DNA of 64,000 nt from an uncultured Gemmatimonadales bacterium (GCA_963701965.1 OY969695.1:896001-960000); one strand, 5' to 3'. Numbered from the stretch's first letter, positions 1 through 10,649 are shown. Made by a program: numbers and translations. Notes: generated by a model from the sequence alone, not told the origin.

Positions 1-579
1 AAGCCGCTCTGGGAAGCGACCCTCAGCGCCGGGCAGCGCGAGGTCCTGGCTCCGCTCGCGCTGCTCACGGCCAAGCCCGTGCTCTATGCGGCGAACGTCA
101 CCGACGCCGAGTTGGCCGGGCGTGAGGGCAAATACGTCACGGCCCTACGGGAGGCCGTGCGGCAGTCGGGAGAGCATGCGCAGGTCGTGCCATTTTCGGC
201 GCGCATCGAGGCCGAGCTGGCCGAGTTGCCGCCCGAAGAGCGGGCCGAGTTCCTGGCGTCATTGGGCCTCGAGTCCGCCGGCCTCGACCGGTTGATCCGG
301 GCAGGATACGAGCTCCTGGGGCTCGAGACTTATTTCACGGCCGGTGAGCAGGAAGTGCGGGCCTGGACCATCGACGAGGGCGACACCGCGCCCAAGGCGG
401 CCGGTGTCATCCATACCGACTTCGAGCGCGGGTTCATTCGCGCCGAGACGGTGGGCTTTGACGATTTTGTGGCGAATCAGGGATGGAAAGGCGCCCGCGA
501 GCGCGGTGTGGTGCGCTCCGAAGGCAAGGAGTACGTTGTGAAGGACGGCGACGTGCTGCTCTTTCGCTTCAACGTGTAG
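1..579 (+). CDS. ychF: Redox-regulated ATPase YchF, 3' part (5' end outside window)
   Basis: Motifs LLTAKPVLYAANV, TYFTAGEQEVRAWTI, AGVIHTDFERGFIRAE, EGKEYVVKDGDV..FRFNV. Confidence 0.97.
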   Translation, partial: KPLWEATLSAGQREVLAPLALLTAKPVLYAANVTDAELAGREGKYVTALREAVRQSGEHAQVVPFSARIEAELAELPPEERAEFLASLGLESAGLDRLIRAGYELLGLETYFTAGEQEVRAWTIDEGDTAPKAAGVIHTDFERGFIRAETVGFDDFVANQGWKGARERGVVRSEGKEYVVKDGDVLLFRFNV

Positions 580-672
580 GCGCTTCGCGCCTCACGTTGA
601 ACGCAGTCGGTTGCGTACTTCGCACGGCCGACGAGGAGTGGCGGCGCAGCCGCCACGACGGGCAACCGACAA

Positions 673-708
673 GTTCAACACGGGACGCGGAGCGTCCCAT
701 TGTTGAAC
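673..708 (+). terminator. Stem-loop after ychF, overlapping the next promoter
   Basis: GTTCAACA-C-GGGACGC-GGA-GCGTCCC-AT-TGTTGAAC inverted repeat; no U-tract. Confidence 0.4.
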
Positions 709-731
709 ACGTGACGGTGATCGGTTAAGAT
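703..731 (+). promoter_or_regulatory. Sigma70-type promoter of the rpsF operon
   Basis: TTGAAC-N17-TAAGAT, about 80 nt upstream of rpsF. Confidence 0.6.
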
Positions 732-747
732 TCGGTGCACCGACAAC

Positions 748-810
748 TTACCCTCCTCTCGCGGTTACGAGCCCGCGAGGGGCGGCACTCAAGACCATAG
801 GGAGGCTCGC
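748..810 (+). promoter_or_regulatory. Probable S6:S18 ribosomal protein leader RNA
   Basis: Hairpin CCTCTCGCGG/CCGCGAGGGG; upstream CCTCC can pair with SD GGAGG (801-805); position matches the known rpsF leader. Confidence 0.5.
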
Positions 811-813
811 CGA

Positions 814-1176
814 ATGCCCCGTCAGTACGAGGCGGTCTACATCTTCGATTCGACGCTCGAAGACCCCGCGATCGCCGAGAAGCTCACCCGCCTGCACGGC
901 TTGTTGCACGCCGAAGGCGAGATCAAAGCGGATCATTGGGGACGCCGTCAGTTGGCGTACACGATCGGTCCCCGCGAAACCGGATACTACGTCGTCGCCC
1001 GCTTTGCCGCCGAGCCCGCCGCGCTGCCCGAATTCGAGCGCGCCCTTCGGCTGGATGAGGGCGTCGTACGTTACCTGATCACGTTGTTCGAGCACGAAGT
1101 CGGCGCGCCACCGATGTCCGAGGAGGACATGGTGACCGCCCGGCGCCGTGATGACGACGACGACGACGAGGAATAG
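814..1176 (+). CDS. rpsF: 30S ribosomal protein S6
   Basis: [28 protein letters not shown], acidic tail. Confidence 0.97.
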   Translation: MPRQYEAVYIFDSTLEDPAIAEKLTRLHGLLHAEGEIKADHWGRRQLAYTIGPRETGYYVVARFAAEPAALPEFERALRLDEGVVRYLITLFEHEVGAPPMSEEDMVTARRRDDDDDDEE

Positions 1177-1178
1177 CG

Positions 1179-1400
1179 ATGCGCCGGCCACAGAAATCCT
1201 GTCCGTTCTGCGAGACCCGCGTCCGGTTCGTCGACTACAAGGATGACCGGACCCTCGGCCGCTTCATTACCGACCACGGCAAGATCCTGCCGAGTCGTTT
1301 GAGCGGCACGTGCGCCCGCCATCAGCGGCAGCTGTCGACCGCGATCAAACGCGCGCGGTTCCTCGCGCTCATCCCGTACATCAAGGGGCACACGGCTTAG
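1179..1400 (+). CDS. rpsR: 30S ribosomal protein S18
   Basis: [43 protein letters not shown]. Confidence 0.98.
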   Translation: MRRPQKSCPFCETRVRFVDYKDDRTLGRFITDHGKILPSRLSGTCARHQRQLSTAIKRARFLALIPYIKGHTA

Positions 1401-1404
1401 CCGC

Positions 1405-2457
1405 ATGAGCACCGGCGAGGCGGCCGCCGCCCCGCGCGAGCACGGGTGGGCGTTGTATCTGTCCGCGCTGGCCAGCTTTCTTCTGCTGCCAGCGACCCCG
1501 GTGCTGCAAATCCTGGCGCCGGTGACGCAGCCGCTGATCCTGGTGCTGCCAATGCTCGCCGTCTGCGCCCTCGTGGGCTGGGCGGCGGGCGGCCACTGGT
1601 GGGTGGCGCTAGCCTGGGTCGCCCTGGCGGCCTGGGCGGTCTTGTTGGCGCCCGGACCGCCGGGGGCGAGCACGGCCTACGTCTCCCTGGAACGCGGGTG
1701 GGCCGTGTTGCTCGCAGCGGGGTTTGGGCTCGTGTCGATGGCGGTGGCGAGCGAGGTGCGCCTCTTCTCGCGCGCCCTGGTCGCGATCGTGATCGCCGGC
1801 GTACTGGCCATTGGGGCATTCGCCGGGTCGCCGCTCCCGGCCAGCACTGTGATGCGCACGATCGACCGCGACATCGCGCGGCGCTCGGCCCTCGCGCAAT
1901 CCGCCTGGAGCCAGACCACCGCGATGCCGCAGTACAAGAGCATGTCCGGTACGATCAGTGATCCCGCCGAGCGGGTCGAGTTCGAGCGCGCCGGGCAGAG
2001 CATGATGGTCGATATGCCCACGCGCGAGGGACGGCGGTTCTTCCCCGCCCTGCTGGGCTTGGAATCGTTGTGCGCGCTGGCGCTGGGGTGGGCGCTCTAC
2101 CACCGTTTGAGCCGCACCCGGATCGGGCTGCCGTTGGCGCGACTGCGGGATTTCCGGTTCAACGATCAGTTGGTGTGGGGCGTGATCGTCGGTGCCGTCT
2201 TTCTGGTCACCCCGCACCTGGGCGCGTGGCGAACCGTGGGCGCGAATCTCACGCTCTTTTTCGGCACGTTGTACGCAGTGCGGGGGATGGGAGTGTTGGC
2301 GTGGTTTCTTCGGTCCGTGAAGCTGGGCGTCCTGACGCTGATCGCCGTGGCATTACTCGCGGGGATGCTGGCGCCGGCGCTCGCGCTCGGGCTCGGACTG
2401 ATCGGACTCGGCGATACGTGGGAAGATTGGCGCGCAAAGGCGCGTCCTACTACCTGA
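1405..2457 (+). CDS. DUF2232/YybS-like multi-pass membrane protein
   Basis: Many TM segments; between rpsR and rplI; C-terminal GLIGLGDTWEDWR. Confidence 0.75.
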   Translation: MSTGEAAAAPREHGWALYLSALASFLLLPATPVLQILAPVTQPLILVLPMLAVCALVGWAAGGHWWVALAWVALAAWAVLLAPGPPGASTAYVSLERGWAVLLAAGFGLVSMAVASEVRLFSRALVAIVIAGVLAIGAFAGSPLPASTVMRTIDRDIARRSALAQSAWSQTTAMPQYKSMSGTISDPAERVEFERAGQSMMVDMPTREGRRFFPALLGLESLCALALGWALYHRLSRTRIGLPLARLRDFRFNDQLVWGVIVGAVFLVTPHLGAWRTVGANLTLFFGTLYAVRGMGVLAWFLRSVKLGVLTLIAVALLAGMLAPALALGLGLIGLGDTWEDWRAKARPTT

Positions 2458-2474
2458 CAGGGAGAGCATCGTAC

Positions 2475-2918
2475 ATGGAAGTCATTCTGCGCCAAGCGGT
2501 AGAGAACGTAGGCCACCCAGGCGACATCGTGAAAGTGTCCGACGGCTTCGGCCGGAATTACTTGCTACCCCGCGGTCTCGCCTATCCGGCCACGACCGGG
2601 TACAAGAAGCGGATCGAGCAGGAGCGGCAGCGGCTCGAGGCCGCGGAATCCTCGCGGCGGGACTCCGCCCAGGTCATCGCCGACCGGTTGGCCCAAGTGT
2701 CACTGACGTTCTCGGCCCGCGTGGGCGAAGAGGGCAAGTTGTTCGGCTCGGTGACGACGAGCGACATCGTGCACCAGCTCGAGGGCCAGGGGTTCACGAT
2801 CGAGAAGCGGCAGGTCGACCTGCACGAGCCCATCCGGGCCCTCGGCGTCTACCGGGTGCCGATCCGACTCCACGCCGATGTCCGGCCGGAAATCAAAGTG
2901 TGGGTCATCAAGGCGTAG
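2475..2918 (+). CDS. rplI: 50S ribosomal protein L9
   Basis: MEVILRQAVENVGHPGDIVKVSDGFGRNYLLPRGLA, GKLFGSVT. Confidence 0.98.
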   Translation: MEVILRQAVENVGHPGDIVKVSDGFGRNYLLPRGLAYPATTGYKKRIEQERQRLEAAESSRRDSAQVIADRLAQVSLTFSARVGEEGKLFGSVTTSDIVHQLEGQGFTIEKRQVDLHEPIRALGVYRVPIRLHADVRPEIKVWVIKA

Positions 2919-2919
2919 C

Positions 2920-3282
2920 GTGTCGCAGGCCGAACCCTCCGCGCGGCGCGCTGCCGCCCTCTGTCTCGATCGGAAGGCCCAGGATGTCGTAATCCTCAAT
3001 CTTCAGCCCGTCTCGGACATGACGGACTTCTTCGTCATTGCCAGCGGCACGTCGGACGTGCACGTCCGCAGTGTCGCGGAGCACGTGATGGCGGAGCTCA
3101 AGAAGGAGGGTGTCACCGTCTACCACGTCGAAGGCATGCAACAGGGCCAATGGGTGCTGCTCGACTACGTGGATTTCGTCGTCCACGTCTTTCATCCCTC
3201 GGTCCGGTCGTTCTATCAACTGGAACGGCTGTGGGGTGACGCCGAAGCGGTACCCGCGGCGGCCGAGCAGGGAGCGCCCTGA
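2920..3282 (+). CDS. rsfS: Ribosome silencing factor
   Basis: DRKAQDVVIL, DFFVIASGTS, WVLLDYVDFVVHVF, FYQLERLWGDA; GTG start. Confidence 0.95.
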   Translation: MSQAEPSARRAAALCLDRKAQDVVILNLQPVSDMTDFFVIASGTSDVHVRSVAEHVMAELKKEGVTVYHVEGMQQGQWVLLDYVDFVVHVFHPSVRSFYQLERLWGDAEAVPAAAEQGAP

Positions 3283-3306
3283 CCGCGGGCGAGCTATACC
3301 TTGTAA

Positions 3307-4878
3307 GTGCTTGAGTCGAGGCGTACTTTGACCCCCGTGCGCACCTCGCTTGCGGCGGTGGCGCTCGTGATCGTCGCATGCGGTCGATCGGACCGGAGCG
3401 CCGCACGATCGGCGGCGACGCCCGGCGACCGCACACCCGCCCCGCCTGCCACACCGCCCGGCGTTGATAACGTCGTCCTGCGCGTCGCGCGCACGGGCGG
3501 TCCCGTCCGCGCCTACGCCTACGCGGCACTGGACACGGCCGTCTGGTCCTCGACCGACAAAGCGCCCGCGATCGGTCGCGTCCTGGCCTTCGACGATGAC
3601 ATTGGATCGATCGCCGTCGTCGACAGCCGCGGTGCGTTGCGCCGGCTGAACCTGCGCCAGGGGCAGGTCACTCCCCCGCCCACGGTCAAGCTCACTGGAC
3701 TGACGTCGGGCGACGGCTCCGCGGTCTATGGCGTGGACGCCCATGGCGCCGTCGCGCGCCTCACCGAGACCGATGCCACGCCGTGGACGTTTACGGCGCC
3801 CGCCGAGGTGCGCGACATCGCGCCGCGGCCGGATGGCTCGATCATCGTGGTCGGCATCCCGCGGCCCATGGGGACCGTGCTGTGGCACCTCCGGCCGCCC
3901 GAGGCCCGCGTGCTCGATTCGACGGTCCTCCCGCCGCCGGCCGCCGAACGCGTCGTGCGGACCCAACTCGGAGACCGCGTCTACTTCGTCGCCGACTCCT
4001 CGATCGAGGGTGTCCGCGGCCGCGATCTCACCCCCATCGCGCCGATCCGGTTTCCGCGCCGCGTCCGGGCCGTCGCCGCGACACCCAGCGGCGATCGCCT
4101 CTACGTCGCCCTCGACTCGACGACGACGCTCCAGATCATCGACCGCTATACCGACCGGCCCACCGGCAGCGTCGAGCTCCCGGGAGCGGCCAGCGACATG
4201 CGCATGGACCCGCTCGGCCGATACCTGCTGGTGCGACCCCTGGGCGGCGACTCGGCCTGGGTCATCGCGGTCGGCACCGACCATGTGGCCGCGACCATCC
4301 GGACGTGGTGGTCCGCCGATCTCCCGTTCGTCGGACCGGATGGCCAGATCGCGACGGTCGGCCGGACCAACGTGGTATTCGTCGATCCCAGCACCGGCGC
4401 GGCACGGCGCACCATCCCCGGCGGCGCTAGTGATTTCTGGATTCCCATCCGGTGGAACGGCTTTCGTCCCCGCCCGGCGAACCTGGACCGGCCGGTCACG
4501 TTCAGCGACGTGACCCCGGATACGACCGACACGATCGGGAAGATCATCCAGAACAGCCAAAAGGACACCGCCACCCACACCGGTGCCACACCGAACCCGG
4601 CGTCGCACGCGGTCGTCGATACGGCCCACGGGAACATCGCGCCGCGCGGCGCGATCGAGTACACCGTGCAATTCGCGGCGGGCCTCAACGGCGACGCGGC
4701 CCGCGCCACGGCGGCGGCGCTGGCCGCGCCGGGCCGTACGCCGCGCGTCACGGAAACCCAACGCGACGGCACGACGATCTATCACGTCGTCCTCGGGCCG
4801 TTCACCTCGAAGGCCCAGGCCGACGCCGCGGGCCACGCCGCGGGCCACGCGTACTACGTGTACGAGGGACGCCCGTGA
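3307..4878 (+). CDS. Lipoprotein with beta-propeller-like repeats and C-terminal SPOR domain
   Basis: Lipobox IVAC; YVTN/WD-like beta repeats; YTVQFAA...YHVVLGPFTSKAQA. Confidence 0.7.
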   Translation: MLESRRTLTPVRTSLAAVALVIVACGRSDRSAARSAATPGDRTPAPPATPPGVDNVVLRVARTGGPVRAYAYAALDTAVWSSTDKAPAIGRVLAFDDDIGSIAVVDSRGALRRLNLRQGQVTPPPTVKLTGLTSGDGSAVYGVDAHGAVARLTETDATPWTFTAPAEVRDIAPRPDGSIIVVGIPRPMGTVLWHLRPPEARVLDSTVLPPPAAERVVRTQLGDRVYFVADSSIEGVRGRDLTPIAPIRFPRRVRAVAATPSGDRLYVALDSTTTLQIIDRYTDRPTGSVELPGAASDMRMDPLGRYLLVRPLGGDSAWVIAVGTDHVAATIRTWWSADLPFVGPDGQIATVGRTNVVFVDPSTGAARRTIPGGASDFWIPIRWNGFRPRPANLDRPVTFSDVTPDTTDTIGKIIQNSQKDTATHTGATPNPASHAVVDTAHGNIAPRGAIEYTVQFAAGLNGDAARATAAALAAPGRTPRVTETQRDGTTIYHVVLGPFTSKAQADAAGHAAGHAYYVYEGRP

Positions 4879-6104
4879 CCTTGACGCTCCTCGAGAACGG
4901 AGCGGCGCCGCGCACCGGCTTCGCCAGCGTCGCCGACAGTCTGGTGGGCATCACGTCGGCCGTGGTTGTCGGCGAGAGCACCCCGGGAACGGCGTTGGCG
5001 GCGATCGCCACCGCGCGCGTCATCGCGCAGAGCCGGATCGTGACCATCGTCGATCTGATCGGCAACATTGCTCCATTGCGAGCGCTGGCCGAGGACGACG
5101 ACCCGCACGGGGTGTCCGATTGCTTCGTGTATGGCATCTCGCCCAAAGCGGTCACGCGCCGGACGCACGCCAGCGATCAGCTGTTCGTGATCCCGGCCGG
5201 TACGGAGCCGATCGAGCACGAGCCGGTGCTGTCCAGCGCCCGGTGGGGTCGCCTGATCGGCGAGTATCGGAACGCCGGAGCGCTCCTGCTGTTCGTCGCG
5301 GTCGCGCGGAGCGCCGGCCTGTCCGAGCTGATCGCCCAGACCGAGGGCGTCGTCGCCGTCGGCGCCGTCGAAGCGCTCCTCCCGTCCGGCACGCACGTCC
5401 TGGTGAATGCCACGCCGCCGCTGCGTCGCGTGGTGACGCGCCGGCTCGACGAGCAAACCATGCAGGGACAGCGCATCGGGCGCCGCATCGCCGCCGTGCT
5501 GGCGACGGCCGCCGCCATCGCGATCGCGGCATGGGTCGGCGTCGCCAAGCCCTTTCGGCCGGCGCCCGTCGCGTTGGCCGCGGTCCGCGCCGACACGGTG
5601 ACGACGAGCGCCAGCGCGCAGCTGGCCCCATCGCCCGGTGCGACCGCCGCGCCTGTCGCGGACGCGCGCGCCGAGTACGCGGTGCTCGTGGCGACGGGCC
5701 CGACGTACGCCGCCGCGCTCCGCACGCTGCGCGACACGGCGGCCGTCCTCGGCGCCCGCACCATCTCGCCCCTGGACTCGACCCATTTCGCGGTCCTGGC
5801 GGGAGCGTACGGCGATAGTTCGACCGCGGGCGCGGGCGCGGCGGCCGCCGGAGGCGGCGCCGTCGTCGCCCGCGTGCCGCTCGCGCTCCGACTCGCCGAT
5901 TCGCTCGCGGTGGATTCGGCGCAGGCGCTGGCCCGGCGCCTGCTCGCGCGGGGGATCCCCGCTTACGTCCTGCGCGGCACGTCCGGGAACGCGGCGGTAT
6001 ACGCCGGCGCGTTCGCGACTTCCGCCGATGCGGGCTCGCTCACCACGTCTTTGCGCCGCGCCGGCCTCTCCCCGGTATTGACGGCTCGCACTGGTCGACC
6101 ATAG
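4875..6104 (+). CDS. Membrane-anchored protein with degenerate MinD/CpsD-like N-domain and SPOR-like C-domain
   Basis: GTG overlapping previous stop; IVDLIG...HGVSDCFVYG...LFVIPAG; one TM; AVYAGAFATSADA. Confidence 0.55.
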   Translation: MTLTLLENGAAPRTGFASVADSLVGITSAVVVGESTPGTALAAIATARVIAQSRIVTIVDLIGNIAPLRALAEDDDPHGVSDCFVYGISPKAVTRRTHASDQLFVIPAGTEPIEHEPVLSSARWGRLIGEYRNAGALLLFVAVARSAGLSELIAQTEGVVAVGAVEALLPSGTHVLVNATPPLRRVVTRRLDEQTMQGQRIGRRIAAVLATAAAIAIAAWVGVAKPFRPAPVALAAVRADTVTTSASAQLAPSPGATAAPVADARAEYAVLVATGPTYAAALRTLRDTAAVLGARTISPLDSTHFAVLAGAYGDSSTAGAGAAAAGGGAVVARVPLALRLADSLAVDSAQALARRLLARGIPAYVLRGTSGNAAVYAGAFATSADAGSLTTSLRRAGLSPVLTARTGRP

Positions 6105-6119
6105 GGGAATACGCAGTAG

Positions 6120-9100
6120 ATGCGATTGACCAAGCTGGAGTTGCACGGGTTCAAGAGCTTCGCCGACCCGACGAACATGCTCTTCGAGCCCGGTGTCACT
6201 GCCATCGTCGGGCCCAACGGATGCGGGAAATCGAACGTCTCCGATGCCGTCCGCTGGGTGCTGGGCGAGCAGCGTATTCGTACGCTCCGCGGCGGCGCGA
6301 AGATGGACGAAGTCATCTTCCAGGGCTCGTCGGCGCGGCGCGCCGTCAACGTCGCCGAAGTGTCGTTGCACTTCGACAACACGGACGGGCAGCTCCCGAT
6401 CGCGTTTCGCGAGGTCGTGATCACGCGCCGGCTGAGCCGGTCGGGCGAGAGCGACTACTTCCTCAATCGGGCGCCCTGCCGCCTGCGCGACATCCAGGAC
6501 GTGCTGCGCGGCACGGGCCTGGCCGCCGATGCCGGCGTCGTCATCGAGAGCAAGATGATCGACGCCTTGTTGTCGGACCGGCCGGACGAGCGCCGCGAGC
6601 TGTTCGAGGAAGCGGCGGGCATCGGATTGTACCGCGACCGGCGGCGCAGCACCGAGCGGCGCCTGGAGGAGACGGCGGTCGATCTCAAGCGGCTCGACGA
6701 TCTGCTGAGCGAGGTGCAGACCCACGTGCGGTCGCTGGCCCGGCAACGACGCCGCGCAGAGCGGCACGCCGAGCTCATGGCGCGCCGACTCACGGTCGAG
6801 GTGACGCTGGCGCTGGGTGATCTCGAGGCCGCGGACGCCGGATTGGGCGCGATCGCGGCGACCTTGGAGCGCTTGGCCGACGCCGTGCCAGCGGCGCAAC
6901 AGGCGGTGACGGACGCCGAGCGCCGGCGCGAAGAGGCGCACGCGGCGCGCGCCGAGGCCGAGGGTCGCCGCACCGAGTTGGCGCGATTGGTCGGCGGTCT
7001 GCAGCAACGCGTGGCCGAGCGGCGCGGCGAAATCGCCGTCGCTGAAGAACGGCAGCGGAACACGGCGACGCGCCGCCAGCGCGCCGAAGATGAGCGGCGC
7101 GACGGCGACGTGTTGGGCCGCAAGGTTCGCGCGGATCGCGAGCAGGCCGACATCGACCGGTCGGCCGCCGAGGGCGACCTGTCCCGCGTGCGCGCCGAGC
7201 TGGCGTCGGCCGTGGCCGACGAAGAGCGTGCGCGGGCCGCCGTCGTCGCCGCGCGCGATGCGCTCGACCGCGGCGAAAAGGAATTGCGCGAGTTGCGCGA
7301 CCGCGTCGGACGGTTGGCGATCGAGCAGGCCGCGGCTCAGCGGGAGCATGGGGACGTTGGCGAGCGGGTGCGAGCCCTGGAGACGGAGCGCGAGTCGCTA
7401 CGCGACCGCGCGGCCGCGGTTTCGCGGGAGCTGGCCTCGGCGGCCGACGATTTGGCCGGGGTGACCGACACGGCCGCGCGCGCCGATACGGAGCTGGCGA
7501 CCGCGCGCGAAGCGCTGCACGTGGCGCAGTCCGCGGACGAGCGGTGCCGCGCGGCTGCCGCCCGCGGCGCCGACGCCGTGACGGCGCTCGGCGGCAAACT
7601 CTCGGCTCTGGAAGCGCTGGAGCGCGAGCGGGTCGGACTGGCCCCCGCGGCGGCGAAACTCCTGGGCGAGCGCGGGGGACGGTTTGGCGACGGCGCGGTG
7701 CTGGGTCCCCTCAGCGACTTCATCGTCGCCGATCAGGAAGCGGCGGTCGTGGTCGAGCGATTCCTGGGAGCGACGCTCCACGCGGTGGTCGTGCGCGATC
7801 GGAGCGTCGCCGACGCCGTGCGCGCGTGGCACGCCGAGACCAACCCGGGGCCGTTGCTCCTGTTGCCACTGGATGGCGCGGGCGCGGGCACCGACGCGTC
7901 GGGCCTCGCAGGTCGCGTGCGCGCCGAATCGGCCGTCGCCCAGTGGATCCGGGTCTTGTTGGGCGGTACGCGCGACTTGGGCGATGGGGCCGCGTTCGAG
8001 GATGGGCGGGGCGCGATCTGGCTGCCCGGCAGCGCCACGGGGCCGGGGCTCCTGCGGCGGCGCGGCGAGATCGCCGCGTCGCGCGAGGCATTGGCGGTCG
8101 CCGAGCGCGAGCGCGACGCCGCGGTGCAGGAGGCCGGCGCGGCGAGGGCCGTGTGGACCGATGCGCAGGCGCGGGCGGCCGCGGCCGCGGAGACGGCGTC
8201 GGCCGCACAGCAGGCGGCGCGGCGGGCCCACGAACATCGGGACGAGTGCGACCGTCGCCGGCAGCGCGCCGAGCGCGACCTGAGCGACGCCGCGACGCTC
8301 GCCGAGTGGCTGGACCAGCGCGCGCACGTGCTCGCCGAGCGGCTGGCGGCGCTGGCCGCGCAGACGGCGCAAGAACAAACCGCCCTCGTGGAGCGGGAAG
8401 GCGCGACCGGCGGCGCACGCTCGGCGGTCGATGCCGCTGTCGCCGAGCAGGAAGTGATCCGCGAGCGGCGGACGGCGGCGCAGGTCGCGGTCGCGCAGGC
8501 CGAGGCGCGGCTGCACGTCGCGGGCGACCGCGCGCGCCGGTTGACCGAGGAGCACACCGCCGCCGCCGGACGGCTGGAGGCGCTCGACGTGGAGTTGGCC
8601 GCCCTCTCGTCGGCCGACGCCGAGCTGGCGGCGCAGTTGGAAGCATGGCGCGTCGATCTCGCGGCGCGGGAGGGAACGCTGGCCGAGGCCCACGCGCAGC
8701 TCGCCGGCGCCGAGGGCGCGGTGGCGGCGGCCGACGAGGCGCTGTCCGGCGCCGAGCGCGCGTTGCACGATGGGCGCTTGACCGCCGATGCGTTGGCGAC
8801 CGATGCCCATCGCGCCGAGTTGGGGCGCGCCGAGTTGGTCGCGCGGCGCGCCGCTGTCCAGGATCGCATCGAGAGCGAGTGGCGGCGGCCCCTCGATGAG
8901 CTGAGGGCCCAGGTCGCGGCTGCCGAGGCGCCCGCGGAGATCGAGACGTTGCGCGCCGAGTCCGGGGAGCTGCGCGAGCAGTTGGCGGCGCTGGGACCGG
9001 TGAACATTCTGGCGATCGAGGAGCACGACGAGGAGCTCAAGCGTCTCGAGTTCCTGACCAAGCAGCGCACCGATCTCGCCGACGCGAAGAATTCGCTCCA

Positions 9101-9617
9101 ACAGGCGATCCGGGAGATCGACACCACGGCGCGCGGGCTCTTCCTCGACACCTTCACGCAGGTGCGGGAGAACTTCCGGCAGATCTTCATGACCCTGTTT
9201 GGCGGGGGCGAGTGCGATCTGCGTCTGGAGAATCCCGACGCCCCGCTCGACTGCGACATCGAGGTCCATGCGTCGCCCCGCGGCAAGCGCACCCAGCGCA
9301 TTCATCTCCTGTCGAGCGGCGAGCGGGCGCTGGTCGCCTTGTCGTTGCTGTTCGGTATATTTCTGACGAAACCAAGCCCGTTCTGCCTGCTGGACGAGGT
9401 CGACGCGCCTCTCGACGACCAGAACATTGGCCGCTTCGTGCGGATGCTGGTCGAGTTCAAGTCGAAGACGCAGTTCATCGTCATCACGCACAATCCGCGG
9501 ACGACGACCGAGGCGGCGGATGCCGTGTACGGCATCACGATGCAGGAACCGGGCGTGTCCTCGCTGGTCGGGGTACGCTTACGTCAGGAGGCCGCGCTCG
9601 ACAGCGCGGCGGACTAG
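6120..9617 (+). CDS. smc: Chromosome segregation protein SMC
   Basis: GFKSF, Walker A GPNGCGKSN, long coiled coils, LSSGE signature, LLDEVDAPLD. Confidence 0.97.
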   Translation: MRLTKLELHGFKSFADPTNMLFEPGVTAIVGPNGCGKSNVSDAVRWVLGEQRIRTLRGGAKMDEVIFQGSSARRAVNVAEVSLHFDNTDGQLPIAFREVVITRRLSRSGESDYFLNRAPCRLRDIQDVLRGTGLAADAGVVIESKMIDALLSDRPDERRELFEEAAGIGLYRDRRRSTERRLEETAVDLKRLDDLLSEVQTHVRSLARQRRRAERHAELMARRLTVEVTLALGDLEAADAGLGAIAATLERLADAVPAAQQAVTDAERRREEAHAARAEAEGRRTELARLVGGLQQRVAERRGEIAVAEERQRNTATRRQRAEDERRDGDVLGRKVRADREQADIDRSAAEGDLSRVRAELASAVADEERARAAVVAARDALDRGEKELRELRDRVGRLAIEQAAAQREHGDVGERVRALETERESLRDRAAAVSRELASAADDLAGVTDTAARADTELATAREALHVAQSADERCRAAAARGADAVTALGGKLSALEALERERVGLAPAAAKLLGERGGRFGDGAVLGPLSDFIVADQEAAVVVERFLGATLHAVVVRDRSVADAVRAWHAETNPGPLLLLPLDGAGAGTDASGLAGRVRAESAVAQWIRVLLGGTRDLGDGAAFEDGRGAIWLPGSATGPGLLRRRGEIAASREALAVAERERDAAVQEAGAARAVWTDAQARAAAAAETASAAQQAARRAHEHRDECDRRRQRAERDLSDAATLAEWLDQRAHVLAERLAALAAQTAQEQTALVEREGATGGARSAVDAAVAEQEVIRERRTAAQVAVAQAEARLHVAGDRARRLTEEHTAAAGRLEALDVELAALSSADAELAAQLEAWRVDLAAREGTLAEAHAQLAGAEGAVAAADEALSGAERALHDGRLTADALATDAHRAELGRAELVARRAAVQDRIESEWRRPLDELRAQVAAAEAPAEIETLRAESGELREQLAALGPVNILAIEEHDEELKRLEFLTKQRTDLADAKNSLQQAIREIDTTARGLFLDTFTQVRENFRQIFMTLFGGGECDLRLENPDAPLDCDIEVHASPRGKRTQRIHLLSSGERALVALSLLFGIFLTKPSPFCLLDEVDAPLDDQNIGRFVRMLVEFKSKTQFIVITHNPRTTTEAADAVYGITMQEPGVSSLVGVRLRQEAALDSAAD

Positions 9618-9623
9618 GGGACC

Positions 9624-10649
9624 ATGCTCGTCGTCATGAAGCACGGCGCGCCACAGGTCGACATCGACCGCGTGGTGCGCACGATCGAAGAGATGGGGTA
9701 CCAGGCGGCGCCGATGCCGGGCGCGCAGCGCACGGCCGTCGGGCTCGTCGGCAACGATGGGCGCGTCGACAGCTCGCGCATCGAGGCGTTGCCCGGGGTG
9801 GCACAGGTCATCCACGTCACCCAACCGTACAAACAGGTCTCGCGCGAGTGGCGGCCGGAGAACACCCTGGTGACCATCGCGCCCGGCGTTGTCGTGGGCG
9901 GGCCGGCGGTGGTGGTCATCGCGGGCCCGTGCTCCGTCGAGAACGAAGACCAGATCATCGCGGCCGCGCGCGCCGTCCGCGCCGGCGGCGCGACGGCGTT
10001 GCGGGGGGGCGCCTTCAAGCCGCGCAGCTCGCCCTATGCGTTTCAAGGACTCGGCAAGAAGGGACTCGAGCTGTTGGCGCTGGCCAAACAGGAGACCGGG
10101 TTGCCGATCGTCACGGAAGCGATGGACGACGAGGGCGCCCATTTGGTGGCCGAGTACGGCGATTGCATTCAGATCGGTGCCCGCAACATGCAGAACTACT
10201 CGTTGCTCAAGACAGTGGGGCGGCTCGGCAAGCCCGTGTTGCTCAAACGCGGCATGGCGGCCACGGTGGCCGATTTGCTGCTCAGCGCCGAGTACGTTCT
10301 GGCCGAGGGGAATGGCCAAGTGATCCTGTGCGAGCGGGGCGTGCGGACCTTCGATCCGGCGGCACGAAATATGTTTGACTTGACGGCAGTGCCCACGGTC
10401 CATTCGCAGTCCCACCTGCCGATCATCGCCGATCCGAGCCACGGAACGGGCGCGCGCGACAAGGTCATCCCAATGGCCCGCGCCGCGCTGGCGGCCGGCG
10501 CCGACGGGATCATGGTCGAAGTCCACCCGACGCCGGACCGGGCCCTGTCGGACGGGGCCCAGTCGCTCTATCCCGAGCAATTCGCATCGTTGGTCGCCGA
10601 GCTGCGCCAGATCGCGCCGGCGATCGGCCGGACGGTCGCATGTCTGTAA
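9624..10649 (+). CDS. aroF: DAHP synthase class I-beta with N-terminal regulatory domain
   Basis: IAGPCSVE, RGGAFKPRSSPYAFQG, QIGARNMQN, DPSHGTG. Confidence 0.96.
   Translation: MLVVMKHGAPQVDIDRVVRTIEEMGYQAAPMPGAQRTAVGLVGNDGRVDSSRIEALPGVAQVIHVTQPYKQVSREWRPENTLVTIAPGVVVGGPAVVVIAGPCSVENEDQIIAAARAVRAGGATALRGGAFKPRSSPYAFQGLGKKGLELLALAKQETGLPIVTEAMDDEGAHLVAEYGDCIQIGARNMQNYSLLKTVGRLGKPVLLKRGMAATVADLLLSAEYVLAEGNGQVILCERGVRTFDPAARNMFDLTAVPTVHSQSHLPIIADPSHGTGARDKVIPMARAALAAGADGIMVEVHPTPDRALSDGAQSLYPEQFASLVAELRQIAPAIGRTVACL

Noticed and set aside
1176..1179. No ssb between rpsF and rpsR
   Set aside because: Common arrangement in many phyla.
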